Source: Thermoguttaceae bacterium (GTDB lineage: Bacteria; Planctomycetota; Planctomycetia; Pirellulales; Thermoguttaceae). Taken from it: 64,000 nt of DNA. The position numbers and the translations under genes are program-made. Shown piece by piece: positions 17,547 to 26,434 of this stretch. The stretch is from the NCBI GenBank assembly GCA_017557195.1, contig JAFZAL010000007.1, forward strand, positions 7,260 to 71,259, written 5' to 3'. The first letter of the stretch is position 1. The number at the start of each line of letters is the position of its first letter. The notes below the pieces were generated by a model, which saw only the letters and a program-made list of their open reading frames with translations, searched no databases and was not told the origin of the DNA.

Positions 17547-20500
17547 CAATCCTTCGTCTCAATCTTGAATTCGTCTGAATTCGCCTTGAGTTCCGGGGCG
17601 TACATGGCTTCGCCGGTTGCTGGCAGAGCCGAGACGACGCCGGGCGTTTCCGCCTTGAGCTTGTAGCTGACAGAGCATTTGCCCCGAGCCAGCGTTCGGC
17701 AGAAGAAGCTGACCTTCTGATCGCGGAATTCAACGTAGGCGCCGATTTCGTTGCCGTTGTAGCCGCTGCGAACGTCCATCGGTTCAAAGCCCGCCGGCTT
17801 CTTGTCTTCAAAGACGAGGTACTCGTAGTCGTTCTTGCTTTCGAGCGTCAGGTCGACCAGAATAATATCGCCGGACTTGACGACGTCGCCGACTTTGAGT
17901 TCCTGGCGAACGTACTTGTCGATCTTGACTTCAACCGCCTGACCGCGTTTTCCAACGGCGTTTTCGGTTGCAGATTCATCGCGAACGAGCTTGTAGTACT
18001 TTCGCTGAACCTTGATTTCCAAGCCCGAGGCGGGAATGAAATCTTCCAGCGTAAAGTAGTTCACGTACGCGTTGAAGTACAGCGGACCGGAGCCGGTTCG
18101 TTTGAGTTCCAGCGTATGCTTGCCCTCGGTAATTGCTTCGCCCTCGAGAACGAACGTTCCGTCAAAGGAGAACAGGTTTTCCTTGTCGATTTTGACCGTC
18201 TTGACCGTCTTGCCGTCCAGAACGACGTCGACCGTCATTTCCGGATCCATTTCGTCGGTTTCGCGGAGGTATTCCGCAAAGGCTTCCAGAACCAGCGCGG
18301 TGTCTCGGGTGGAATTCCAGTACGTAGCGTGTTTGCGGTTGTTGAGCAGGTACTTAACCAGCCGCGAAGCTTCGTCAATTTTATCTGTTCTGCACAGCAG
18401 TTTGAGATACCAGGCTTGCGTTTCGATTTCGGAACCGTACCAGTACCAGAACGGGGTTCCGCCCAGGTCGAGCCACGCGGTCTGATTTTCGTCGTCCTGA
18501 CGCAGGAACTGAGTCAGGTTGCGAACAACCATGTCGCGCTTGTCGGTCTGTTCCGTCATGTCGAAGCCCAAGCCCATCAGCGCCAAGGCGTACGGAGACA
18601 TGTTGAGTCTGTCGCGATAGACGTATTCGCCCATCGCAGCGTTGTGACGTCCGGATTCAATCAGAACCGTATAAACAAGGGCGTCGAGGTTGTCGGCGGA
18701 AGTCTTGTAACGATAGCCGAACTCCTTCGCCAGTTTGGGATTTTCTTTGACTTTGTCGCCGCGCTGGAGCAGTTCGACCTGTTCCGATTCGTAGCGTTCG
18801 AGCCAGTCAACGCCGCGTTTGAGAACGTTGGCGTCCACCTTCACATCGCTGGCTTGAGCGATTGTCAAGCCGTGAACGACGACCGCGGTCGTATGGGCGG
18901 AGGAATGTTCCCCGTAGCCGGAGAACCAGCCCCAGCCGCCGTCAGAGCATTGCATATCGGTCAGACGTCCGATTCCAAACTTGACGATTTTATCCAGCTC
19001 ATTCGGATTGAAGACAGGGCTTGCCAACGTTTTCTTCCATTGCGCGGCGCGTTTCGCAGCGTCGCCGATTTCCTGAGCGTTGAGGTTTGTCGCTTTCTGT
19101 TCCAGATCGGCAATGTCAACGCCCATGTCGCGAACGACCTTCTGGCAAATCGCCGCCGGGAGGAACCGGTTGAGCGTTTGTTCCGTACAGCCGTAGGGAT
19201 AATCTACCAAATACGGAACAGCGTCAAACATCGCGCCGGCAAGCGTCGGAGAGAATCGAACTTCCAAACGGGTCTGCTCCGGCTTGCGTTCTTTCGGAAC
19301 GGTGAACTCAACCGTTTCAGACGCCGTTTCTTTCTCGGAACGAATCGCGCCGGAGAAAGAATCCTGCTTGAGAATACCGTGAGTAATAATCGGGAACTTA
19401 ACTTCCATGGCGTCCGACTCTTCGTCCGTCAGGGCGAACATGCGGACAACCGCGTCTCCCTCGGATTTGGCAGTAAACGTCCAATCGACGCGGGTTTCTC
19501 CGCCGGCGGCAATATTGACTTCTTGCGAGGTCTTATCTTCCGTAGCGAGGTTGTCGCCCGTCTCGACTTTGACCTCAACGGACTTTTCGGATTCCAGATA
19601 GTTGTGGACGATTGCCGAGAGGACAATCTTATCCGTCTGAACGAGGAATCGCGGGGTTTGAGCGCGAATAATCAGGTTCTTTCGGGTAATGACTTCCGTC
19701 TCCGCCTGACCGACTTCGGTGCGCTTGCCCATCGCCCAGGCTTTGATTTTCCACGTCGTGAGGTTTTCCGGCATCTTGAGCGAGATTTCCGCTTCGCCGT
19801 TTTCGTTTGTAACAATCGCGCCAGTCCAGTAGGCGGAATCGGCGAAATTCGTTCGGACAGTCGCCTGAACTTTGGCTCCCGATTTGTCGGTTTCAGCTTC
19901 CAGAGCTTCTTCTTCAGCGGGAGCGGCGTCGGCATCAAATGCAACGTCGTCAGCAGCCGCTTCTTCCGCGACCATCATGTCGGCGCCATCCATTGCCCTG
20001 TTCATCATCATGGGGGCTTCAGCCGCCATCGGGGCTGCCTTAAACATCTTTCTGTCAACAGCGCCCGCTGCCATAACATTCGCCCGCGCTTTTCCGGCGC
20101 CTCTGCCGGCAAATTCGCCTTTTTCCATTACAGTCCCACCAAAGTCCTGCTTTAAGACGTTTCCGAAAATACCCAGCGTATCCATTCCAACGGCGTTTTC
20201 CGGGTACTGGGTTTGGAGATATGTTCTGAGCGAATTGTCAATGGAGCCGGGGTAATGGCTGCGCTTCCAGTTCCAGAAGAAGGAGGAAATGTCGCCCACG
20301 TTCGAGCCGCCGGAGATGTATTCCAGGGACTTGTCGTAAATTGTTACAACCGCCTGACCGACAAACGGGTTGCCTTGCAGGTCTTTGAGGACGATTTTCG
20401 CCGTTGCGTCTTCGCCGGGCTTGTAGTTCTCTTTGGACGGGATAACGTCCATGACGAGAACGCGTTTGGCGGGCGGGACGCAAATCTGTCGCGTTTCCGA

Positions 20501-23500
20501 AAAGACCTGATTCTTTGCGACGGTTACCGCTTCGACGAAGAAGTTAGGCATGTCGCGCATCTCGATTTTCAAATCGTAAAATCCGGTTTTGCCGTTCATT
20601 TCGACCTTTTCCGGCGGCAGACAAACGCCGTTTGCCGCGCGCGGGAAAATCCAGACTGCAGCGTCCTGTTGGTCAACGTTAATCGTCAAGCGGAGCGTTT
20701 CGCCCGGATTGCACGTGTCTTTTTCGGGAATGATTTCCAGGTCGGCGAATCGGTAATCTTTGCTGGAGAACCCGTCGCCGCGAACTGTTACAAGCTGCCC
20801 GCCTTTGCAGACGTGGTCTGCGCCGTCGTCAACGGTGTATTCAACCCGGTACTGACCGGCTTTTTTCAAATTGAGCGAAACGGTCGCGGAACCGTTTTCG
20901 TCTGGATTAATGTCTTTCGACCAGACTTCCTTTTCTTCCGGCGTTCCGTCTGATTTATACGTAACCTGATAGAACTTCGCCGTTCCCGTTCCGGAAACCG
21001 GCTTGTTGTCTAACGTTTGAGCCTTGAAATTGGCTGTCAGGACGTCGCCGACCTGATAAACGCCGCGGTTTGTCCAGGCGCAGATCGTAAACGGCTTGGC
21101 GGAAACGAGAACCTTTCCTGAACCGTTAATCGTGCGGCGAGACGCGTCTGTAACTTCAACGGAGACGTCGTACTGCTGATTTTGGTCGCCGAAAATCATT
21201 TTGGCGATTTCGGTGTCGATTTCGACGTCGTACGTTCCGTCGTCTTTCAGATCAACTTCTTTTTCAAAGACGACTTCCGGCGGGTTATGCGGGAAGTAAT
21301 GCCACGACGGGTACGGTCGCACGCAGCCCCAGGAATTCCAGCCTGGATACCACGGGTATTCGTAGGAGAACCACCAGTATCCTTTGCCGAAAAGCCAGTC
21401 CCACGGCATTGCCGGGAACCAGCGTTCGTTGTATTCTGAACGGGTTACTTTGATCTTCGCCTTGGCGTGAGAAACCGGCTCGCCGAAATAGTACTTCGCC
21501 TTGACGGACGCGCTGATCTTTTCGCCCAGCGCAACCGGTTTTTCCGGGGCTTTGACTTCGACCTGGAATTCCGGCTTTCGATATTCTTCAACGCGGAAAT
21601 AGCCGGAACCGTACAGTTGAGCGCCCGGATTGCGGACGTTTATCGAGTACCCGCCCAGCATGGCGTCGGAAGCCAGTTCGATTTCGTCTGCATAACCGCC
21701 GAACTCGTCAAAAGTAATGTCTTTGCGGAGCAGTTCCTCGCCGCGCGGGTTGGTAATAAACAGTTCCGCCGACGTATTGGCGAAGTCAGAACCGTCTTTG
21801 TCGTACTGAGAACGGCGCGCCCAGAACTTGAACTGGACTTTTTGAGCCGGTCGATAAACCGGACGGTCTGTCATGCTGAAAACGCGAACGGCGTTGTACT
21901 GATTGTCGTACTGTCTGTTGAAATCGTTCCCGCCTCCCCAGAAAGAGCGGAATCCCTGATACGCTTGATGTTTTCCGTCTTGTCCTTTGATCGTAATGAG
22001 CCAGTTATAACTGCCGCTATAAGCGACAAGCCTGTCGTTGGGGACGGTAAACTGCCCGTTTTCGTCGGCTGTTACAAAAAAGCTGTCTTTAATAATCTGC
22101 TGTTTTCTGTCCTGATTGGAATATTTAACAGCGTATCCAAAGAAATCAACAACTGAATGCGGCAGAGCTTTTCCGGTGTTGGAGTCGGAAACAAAGAACC
22201 AGAATTTGTTGTCGATGTTCTTTTTAATCAGAACCGTGTTATTAATCCAGACGACGGCGTAATGCGTATTGCCGCCGGCGACGATCGCTTCGATCAGATA
22301 AGCTCCCGCTGATGGGAACGTAACGTCCATGTCGATTTGTTTATCGAAATGATTATCCTCCGGCGTCAGAGATGTATCCCATTTTTTGATTTCTTCTTTG
22401 ACGTACTTGTTCTGTTTTTGAATAACCAACCGATAGGCGATGTTGTCAATATTGATGTTGTCATGATTGATGTTTCGAGGCTCCTGCGCCATTTTAATCT
22501 CGGCTTTGGCGTCTTGAATCAGAGCGTCGACGTCAATGCGATTAATCTTGAATCGCACCGTGGTCGCGTTTCTGAACAGGAACCCAATCGTTGCTTTCAT
22601 GCCGTCTTGACGAGAAGAGACAATTCGTCCCCATGGGTTGACGATTTGCTCGTACATGCGTTTCGCCCATTCATCGCCCTGATCCGCGCCCTGTTTCCAG
22701 TACTTGGCGGCTGTGGGGAACTGACGTCTGTTGAGGTAAATCTGCCCCAACTGAGACCAGTTGTCCAATTCCTTGTAAATTGAGATGAAATTGTAATCTT
22801 CCGGCAGATCGAAACGTTTGATTCCTGTTGCCAGACGAGCGATCGTTTCCGTATCGGACAGGGTTTCCAGCTTGAAGATGCTGGACATTTTGTCTTCGCC
22901 GGTATCGTTTGCGGGATTAAAGTTGAAGCCTGCGATTGTATGAACGCCGAACTGTTGATAAGCGAAATCAGCGCGCATCAACAACGCCACTTTTTTAGAC
23001 GCTTCAAATTGTTCCGCCTTGTCGAGCAGAAAACGCCAGCGTTCGCCGTCGGACTGGGCAGCGTCAAAAGATTCCGGCTTGGCGTAGAAAACCGGATTCC
23101 CTTCTTCGTCTACTGGGGCGGAACTGTTAGGACGCCCATAGTAACGGCGACCGTAGTAATTGTCCGGACTCTGATAATCCGGGAGTTTGGAGATGTCGGT
23201 AAGCGTTTGAAGCTCCCATGCTCCGGAACCTCCGCGACGGTTCATAAACGCATTGGCGAAGTCGATGTAAAACTGCCCTTTTTCCTCGTCAGAGTAGTCG
23301 GACTGATCCAGATGTTTTTCCGCTTCCGTTAACAGCTGCAGAGAGCGAATTCTGTCTCGTTCCTGAGCAAACATGCGCTCGCCGCCGGAACGGTTTTGTC
23401 CGCGCTTGAACTTGTTGTCAACCCGGAATCCATAGGGCGTCAGGAAACCTTCGCCGTAGATTTTCCCAACCGCCTGAAGCGTTCTGGAATCTTCCGGGAA

Positions 23501-23797
23501 CTTCTCCACGACGTTTTCCAGAAAATCGTCAGCCTCGGCAATTCGATTAACTCTGTTCATGCAGTTAATCGTTTGCTGCAGAATTTCGAAAATGTTACGG
23601 CATTTTTCAGGGCTTTCCTGTTCAAAAAACTTTTTTGACAGATCCAGAGCCTCGTTGAAATTGCCCTGTTGTTGAAGTTCAGAGAATTTTTCCATGGGAA
23701 ATTTTTGTGTTGAAGAGTCGTCAGCCAAGGCTGTAAAAGCCTGTCCTGCAATCATAGCCAAACAGGCGACAAACGGAGTGAATAATTTGTATAACAT
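17546..23797 (-). CDS. alpha-2-macroglobulin family protein with thioester motif
   Basis: 2083 aa. Signal peptide MLYKLFTPFVACLAMIAGQAFTALA. Thioester motif YPYGCTEQ (GCTEQ encoded at 19178-19192, minus strand). Many MG-like beta-sandwich segments. A Met/Ala/acidic low-complexity stretch (about 19870-20110) sits upstream of the thioester domain. Confidence 0.9.
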   Translation of the reverse strand: MLYKLFTPFVACLAMIAGQAFTALADDSSTQKFPMEKFSELQQQGNFNEALDLSKKFFEQESPEKCRNIFEILQQTINCMNRVNRIAEADDFLENVVEKFPEDSRTLQAVGKIYGEGFLTPYGFRVDNKFKRGQNRSGGERMFAQERDRIRSLQLLTEAEKHLDQSDYSDEEKGQFYIDFANAFMNRRGGSGAWELQTLTDISKLPDYQSPDNYYGRRYYGRPNSSAPVDEEGNPVFYAKPESFDAAQSDGERWRFLLDKAEQFEASKKVALLMRADFAYQQFGVHTIAGFNFNPANDTGEDKMSSIFKLETLSDTETIARLATGIKRFDLPEDYNFISIYKELDNWSQLGQIYLNRRQFPTAAKYWKQGADQGDEWAKRMYEQIVNPWGRIVSSRQDGMKATIGFLFRNATTVRFKINRIDVDALIQDAKAEIKMAQEPRNINHDNINIDNIAYRLVIQKQNKYVKEEIKKWDTSLTPEDNHFDKQIDMDVTFPSAGAYLIEAIVAGGNTHYAVVWINNTVLIKKNIDNKFWFFVSDSNTGKALPHSVVDFFGYAVKYSNQDRKQQIIKDSFFVTADENGQFTVPNDRLVAYSGSYNWLITIKGQDGKHQAYQGFRSFWGGGNDFNRQYDNQYNAVRVFSMTDRPVYRPAQKVQFKFWARRSQYDKDGSDFANTSAELFITNPRGEELLRKDITFDEFGGYADEIELASDAMLGGYSINVRNPGAQLYGSGYFRVEEYRKPEFQVEVKAPEKPVALGEKISASVKAKYYFGEPVSHAKAKIKVTRSEYNERWFPAMPWDWLFGKGYWWFSYEYPWYPGWNSWGCVRPYPSWHYFPHNPPEVVFEKEVDLKDDGTYDVEIDTEIAKMIFGDQNQQYDVSVEVTDASRRTINGSGKVLVSAKPFTICAWTNRGVYQVGDVLTANFKAQTLDNKPVSGTGTAKFYQVTYKSDGTPEEKEVWSKDINPDENGSATVSLNLKKAGQYRVEYTVDDGADHVCKGGQLVTVRGDGFSSKDYRFADLEIIPEKDTCNPGETLRLTINVDQQDAAVWIFPRAANGVCLPPEKVEMNGKTGFYDLKIEMRDMPNFFVEAVTVAKNQVFSETRQICVPPAKRVLVMDVIPSKENYKPGEDATAKIVLKDLQGNPFVGQAVVTIYDKSLEYISGGSNVGDISSFFWNWKRSHYPGSIDNSLRTYLQTQYPENAVGMDTLGIFGNVLKQDFGGTVMEKGEFAGRGAGKARANVMAAGAVDRKMFKAAPMAAEAPMMMNRAMDGADMMVAEEAAADDVAFDADAAPAEEEALEAETDKSGAKVQATVRTNFADSAYWTGAIVTNENGEAEISLKMPENLTTWKIKAWAMGKRTEVGQAETEVITRKNLIIRAQTPRFLVQTDKIVLSAIVHNYLESEKSVEVKVETGDNLATEDKTSQEVNIAAGGETRVDWTFTAKSEGDAVVRMFALTDEESDAMEVKFPIITHGILKQDSFSGAIRSEKETASETVEFTVPKERKPEQTRLEVRFSPTLAGAMFDAVPYLVDYPYGCTEQTLNRFLPAAICQKVVRDMGVDIADLEQKATNLNAQEIGDAAKRAAQWKKTLASPVFNPNELDKIVKFGIGRLTDMQCSDGGWGWFSGYGEHSSAHTTAVVVHGLTIAQASDVKVDANVLKRGVDWLERYESEQVELLQRGDKVKENPKLAKEFGYRYKTSADNLDALVYTVLIESGRHNAAMGEYVYRDRLNMSPYALALMGLGFDMTEQTDKRDMVVRNLTQFLRQDDENQTAWLDLGGTPFWYWYGSEIETQAWYLKLLCRTDKIDEASRLVKYLLNNRKHATYWNSTRDTALVLEAFAEYLRETDEMDPEMTVDVVLDGKTVKTVKIDKENLFSFDGTFVLEGEAITEGKHTLELKRTGSGPLYFNAYVNYFTLEDFIPASGLEIKVQRKYYKLVRDESATENAVGKRGQAVEVKIDKYVRQELKVGDVVKSGDIILVDLTLESKNDYEYLVFEDKKPAGFEPMDVRSGYNGNEIGAYVEFRDQKVSFFCRTLARGKCSVSYKLKAETPGVVSALPATGEAMYAPELKANSDEFKIETKD

Positions 23798-24125
23798 GAC
23801 TAAATTTTGGCGTTACGCCTGAAAATAAGGGACAAAAAATCAAAAATGCCCGCCGAGATAAAACGCCGTTGCTGCAAAAACAGCCGAGCGCTTTAATTTC
23901 TCTCAATTTCTCGATTCTACCATATTATTACGATGAGAAAAAGACCTTGTTAGGATTATTTCGTTAAAATTTGAAAGATTTTAGCCTTTTTCGGTATCCC
24001 CCTACTTAAATTGAAGCCCATTAGACGTTATAATTATTAGTCAGGAAGAAGCGAGAATCGCGAGGCGATAAAAAGGTATTGCTCTCTTGTTATTCCATTT
24101 TATTTAATTTTGAAAATAAAAACCC

Positions 24126-26342
24126 ATGAATCCGTATCAACAGTGGCTCGGTCTTTATAACTTTTCGGGCGTGAAGCCCAATTACTACGAATTGCTCGGC
24201 TTGCAGTTTGGCGAAAGCAACCCGTACGTCATTGAGCAAGCCGCCAACGAGATGGCGACTCGTCTTAACAGCGTCAATCCGGGGATGGACGTCGCTGTTT
24301 GGAATTCGATTATGGCGGAAATCCAAAACGCTCAGATGTGTCTTTGCAATCCGGCGTCCCGAATGGAATACGACAATTCCCTTCGCGGCGGAATGGGCGG
24401 ATTTGGCGGGGGTTATTCCGCTGGCGCTGCTTTTGGCGGCGGAAATATGGGTTATAGTCAACCGCAGATGGCGCAGCCGCCCATGTCGCCCGTATCCGGC
24501 GGATTTGGGGGCGGTTACTCTGCCGGGGCTGCGTTCGGAGGTTCGCCCGGTCCTCAAATAGCTGCGCCGCCGATCCCGTCTGCTCCCCCTGTCCCTTCAT
24601 CCCCGTCTGCTGCGACCGTTGCGCCTGTTCGTCCTGCAACTCCATCGGCTTCTCCCACAGCAACTCCCGTTGCAACAGCCGCCGTTGCTGCCGGCGCTGC
24701 AACAGCGGTTGCCGCAACAGCAGTTGCGTCTGCTGCCAAGGCAAGCGCGCCAACGCCGCCTCCGTCTCCAACGGGTGGAGCGAATTTGAATTTGGGTAAT
24801 TCCAAAAAGAAAAAAATCCATAAAAAGGGAGCTGCCGGGGCTGGCGCTCTGTATGGAATTTATACGGCTTTGGGGCTGGGAGGTTTAATTCTTTTGATTT
24901 GGCTTATCAGCAGCCTGGCAAACCAGTCAACGGAAGATTCAAAAGACAATCAGCCCAAAATTATCGTCGTTGACAATACTCCTGCCAAGGGGGTAAATCT
25001 GCCGAGGACGATCGAAAAGAAAGTTGACGAATCAGAAAAAGTCAAACCGGTAGTCGCGCCCAAGAGAAAGATCGTTTCCAGACGTACAAAAGACGGCGTC
25101 CCAATTCGTCATGTCGTAGACGATACAGACGCCGTTGACGACGTTGCCATCGGAGACGGCAGAATTATCGACGGCGAAGTTACAGACGACGCGCCGGACA
25201 TTCGGGAATTGGGCGTTTCAGACGACCGGGGCGGCGTTATTGACGAACGCTCAGACGATTTCCGCATTGGAACCAACCGGGTTGTTGTTGACGATAACGA
25301 CAACGTCGATTCCGTTGAAGAAGCAATTGAACATGCAACGGGAATTGACATCGCTCCAAACGAAGACGGCGAACCCGCTCCCAACTTCTCCGCTCGACAT
25401 GACGAAGGGGGAACCGTTGAGGTTATTGACGACCCGCGATTAGGAACCGGAGTTGAAGGAGCTATTCAGGTTACCCGCCGTCCGCGCACTTCCGTCTTTG
25501 ACGCTGACAGACCCGCTGTTGTCGAGAACGTTCGACCGGCAGTCGAGACTCCCGTTACCCCAGTCGCTCAACCGGGCGCAGCCGTTCCCAGTTCCGTTCC
25601 GGAAGACGTCAATTACGATAACGTCGCAGACGATTTGGTTATTGAAAAATCTGCTCCTAATGTTGAAACTCCTGCTGTTGAGAAAGAACCCGCCCCGGCG
25701 GTCGAACAGCCTCAACCCGCTGTAGAAGAACCGAAGGCGGAAGAACCTCAGCCTGTTGCAGAACCCGTTCAGCCCGCTGCTGATCAGCCGAAGACGGAAG
25801 AACCAGCTCCAGCAGCTGAACAGCCCAAGGAGGAACAGCCGAAGGCAGAAGAGCCTCAACCGGCGACGGAGCAGCCCAAGGCGGAAGAACCCAAACCGGC
25901 TAAACCCTCTAAATTTGACATTCCGAAAGAGTCTGAACTCATGACGGCGGAAGCCAAAATCAATGCTGACAACGCAGACGCGCTCAAGTCTGGCGATGCC
26001 GCTGGCAGAGTCGCGTTGGCTCAAAAGCTCATAGACGATTCCGCCTCGCAGTCGCCCGCCGATCATTACGCCGCTTTAACCAAAGCGCGCGATCTGGCAA
26101 CGGACGCACAAAACGTAGACGTCGCGATAAAGGCGATTGAACTCAAGGCGAAAGCGTTTAACAACGTTGATTCCTATAACGAAGGGGTTGATGTTCTCTT
26201 GTCCTGCAAGCCCAACGCCTGGCCGGAAAGTCAGAAAAAGGCTGTAGTTTCCGCCGCGGAGAAATGGCTTGGCGTTGCCAGGAAAAAGAACGATAACCGA
26301 ACGGCTAAAAAGCTGCAGGATATTATTGACGCCAATAAATAG
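24126..26342 (+). CDS. membrane-anchored protein with an N-terminal J-like domain lacking HPD, a Pro/Ala/Glu-rich linker and a helical C-terminal domain
   Basis: N-terminus NPYQQWLGL...NYYELLGLQFGESNPYVIEQAANEM is J-domain-like but has no HPD. GGFGGGYSAGAAFGG occurs twice. TM segment ALYGIYTALGLGGLILLIWLI. Repeats of the type PKAEEPQP. The TAG stop lies inside the first unit of the following repeat. Confidence 0.7.
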   Translation: MNPYQQWLGLYNFSGVKPNYYELLGLQFGESNPYVIEQAANEMATRLNSVNPGMDVAVWNSIMAEIQNAQMCLCNPASRMEYDNSLRGGMGGFGGGYSAGAAFGGGNMGYSQPQMAQPPMSPVSGGFGGGYSAGAAFGGSPGPQIAAPPIPSAPPVPSSPSAATVAPVRPATPSASPTATPVATAAVAAGAATAVAATAVASAAKASAPTPPPSPTGGANLNLGNSKKKKIHKKGAAGAGALYGIYTALGLGGLILLIWLISSLANQSTEDSKDNQPKIIVVDNTPAKGVNLPRTIEKKVDESEKVKPVVAPKRKIVSRRTKDGVPIRHVVDDTDAVDDVAIGDGRIIDGEVTDDAPDIRELGVSDDRGGVIDERSDDFRIGTNRVVVDDNDNVDSVEEAIEHATGIDIAPNEDGEPAPNFSARHDEGGTVEVIDDPRLGTGVEGAIQVTRRPRTSVFDADRPAVVENVRPAVETPVTPVAQPGAAVPSSVPEDVNYDNVADDLVIEKSAPNVETPAVEKEPAPAVEQPQPAVEEPKAEEPQPVAEPVQPAADQPKTEEPAPAAEQPKEEQPKAEEPQPATEQPKAEEPKPAKPSKFDIPKESELMTAEAKINADNADALKSGDAAGRVALAQKLIDDSASQSPADHYAALTKARDLATDAQNVDVAIKAIELKAKAFNNVDSYNEGVDVLLSCKPNAWPESQKKAVVSAAEKWLGVARKKNDNRTAKKLQDIIDANK

Positions 26343-26428
26343 GGAATTGGGAGTAGGGAATAGGGAATGGTAATTCGCCTTCGGCGAATTTAAAAACTAC
26401 TCCCTACTCCCTATTTCCTACTCCCTAA
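26340..26428. repeat. 7-mer-arm hairpin element (AGGGAAT / ATTCCCT arms, alternative central hairpin)
   Basis: Left arm tagggaattgggagtagggaatagggaat. Central hairpin aattcgcc-ttc-ggcgaatt (26372-26390). Right arm actactccctactccctatttcctactcccta. Confidence 0.8.
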
Positions 26429-26434
26429 TAAATA

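Noticed and set aside
18116-20155. 679-aa + strand ORF (and 20213..20953, 21467..22156) antisense to the alpha-2-macroglobulin gene
   Set aside because: These are shadow ORFs within a 6.2-kb gene that has clear family motifs on the other strand. Their products are Arg/Val/Phe-rich and nonsense-like, with no motifs.
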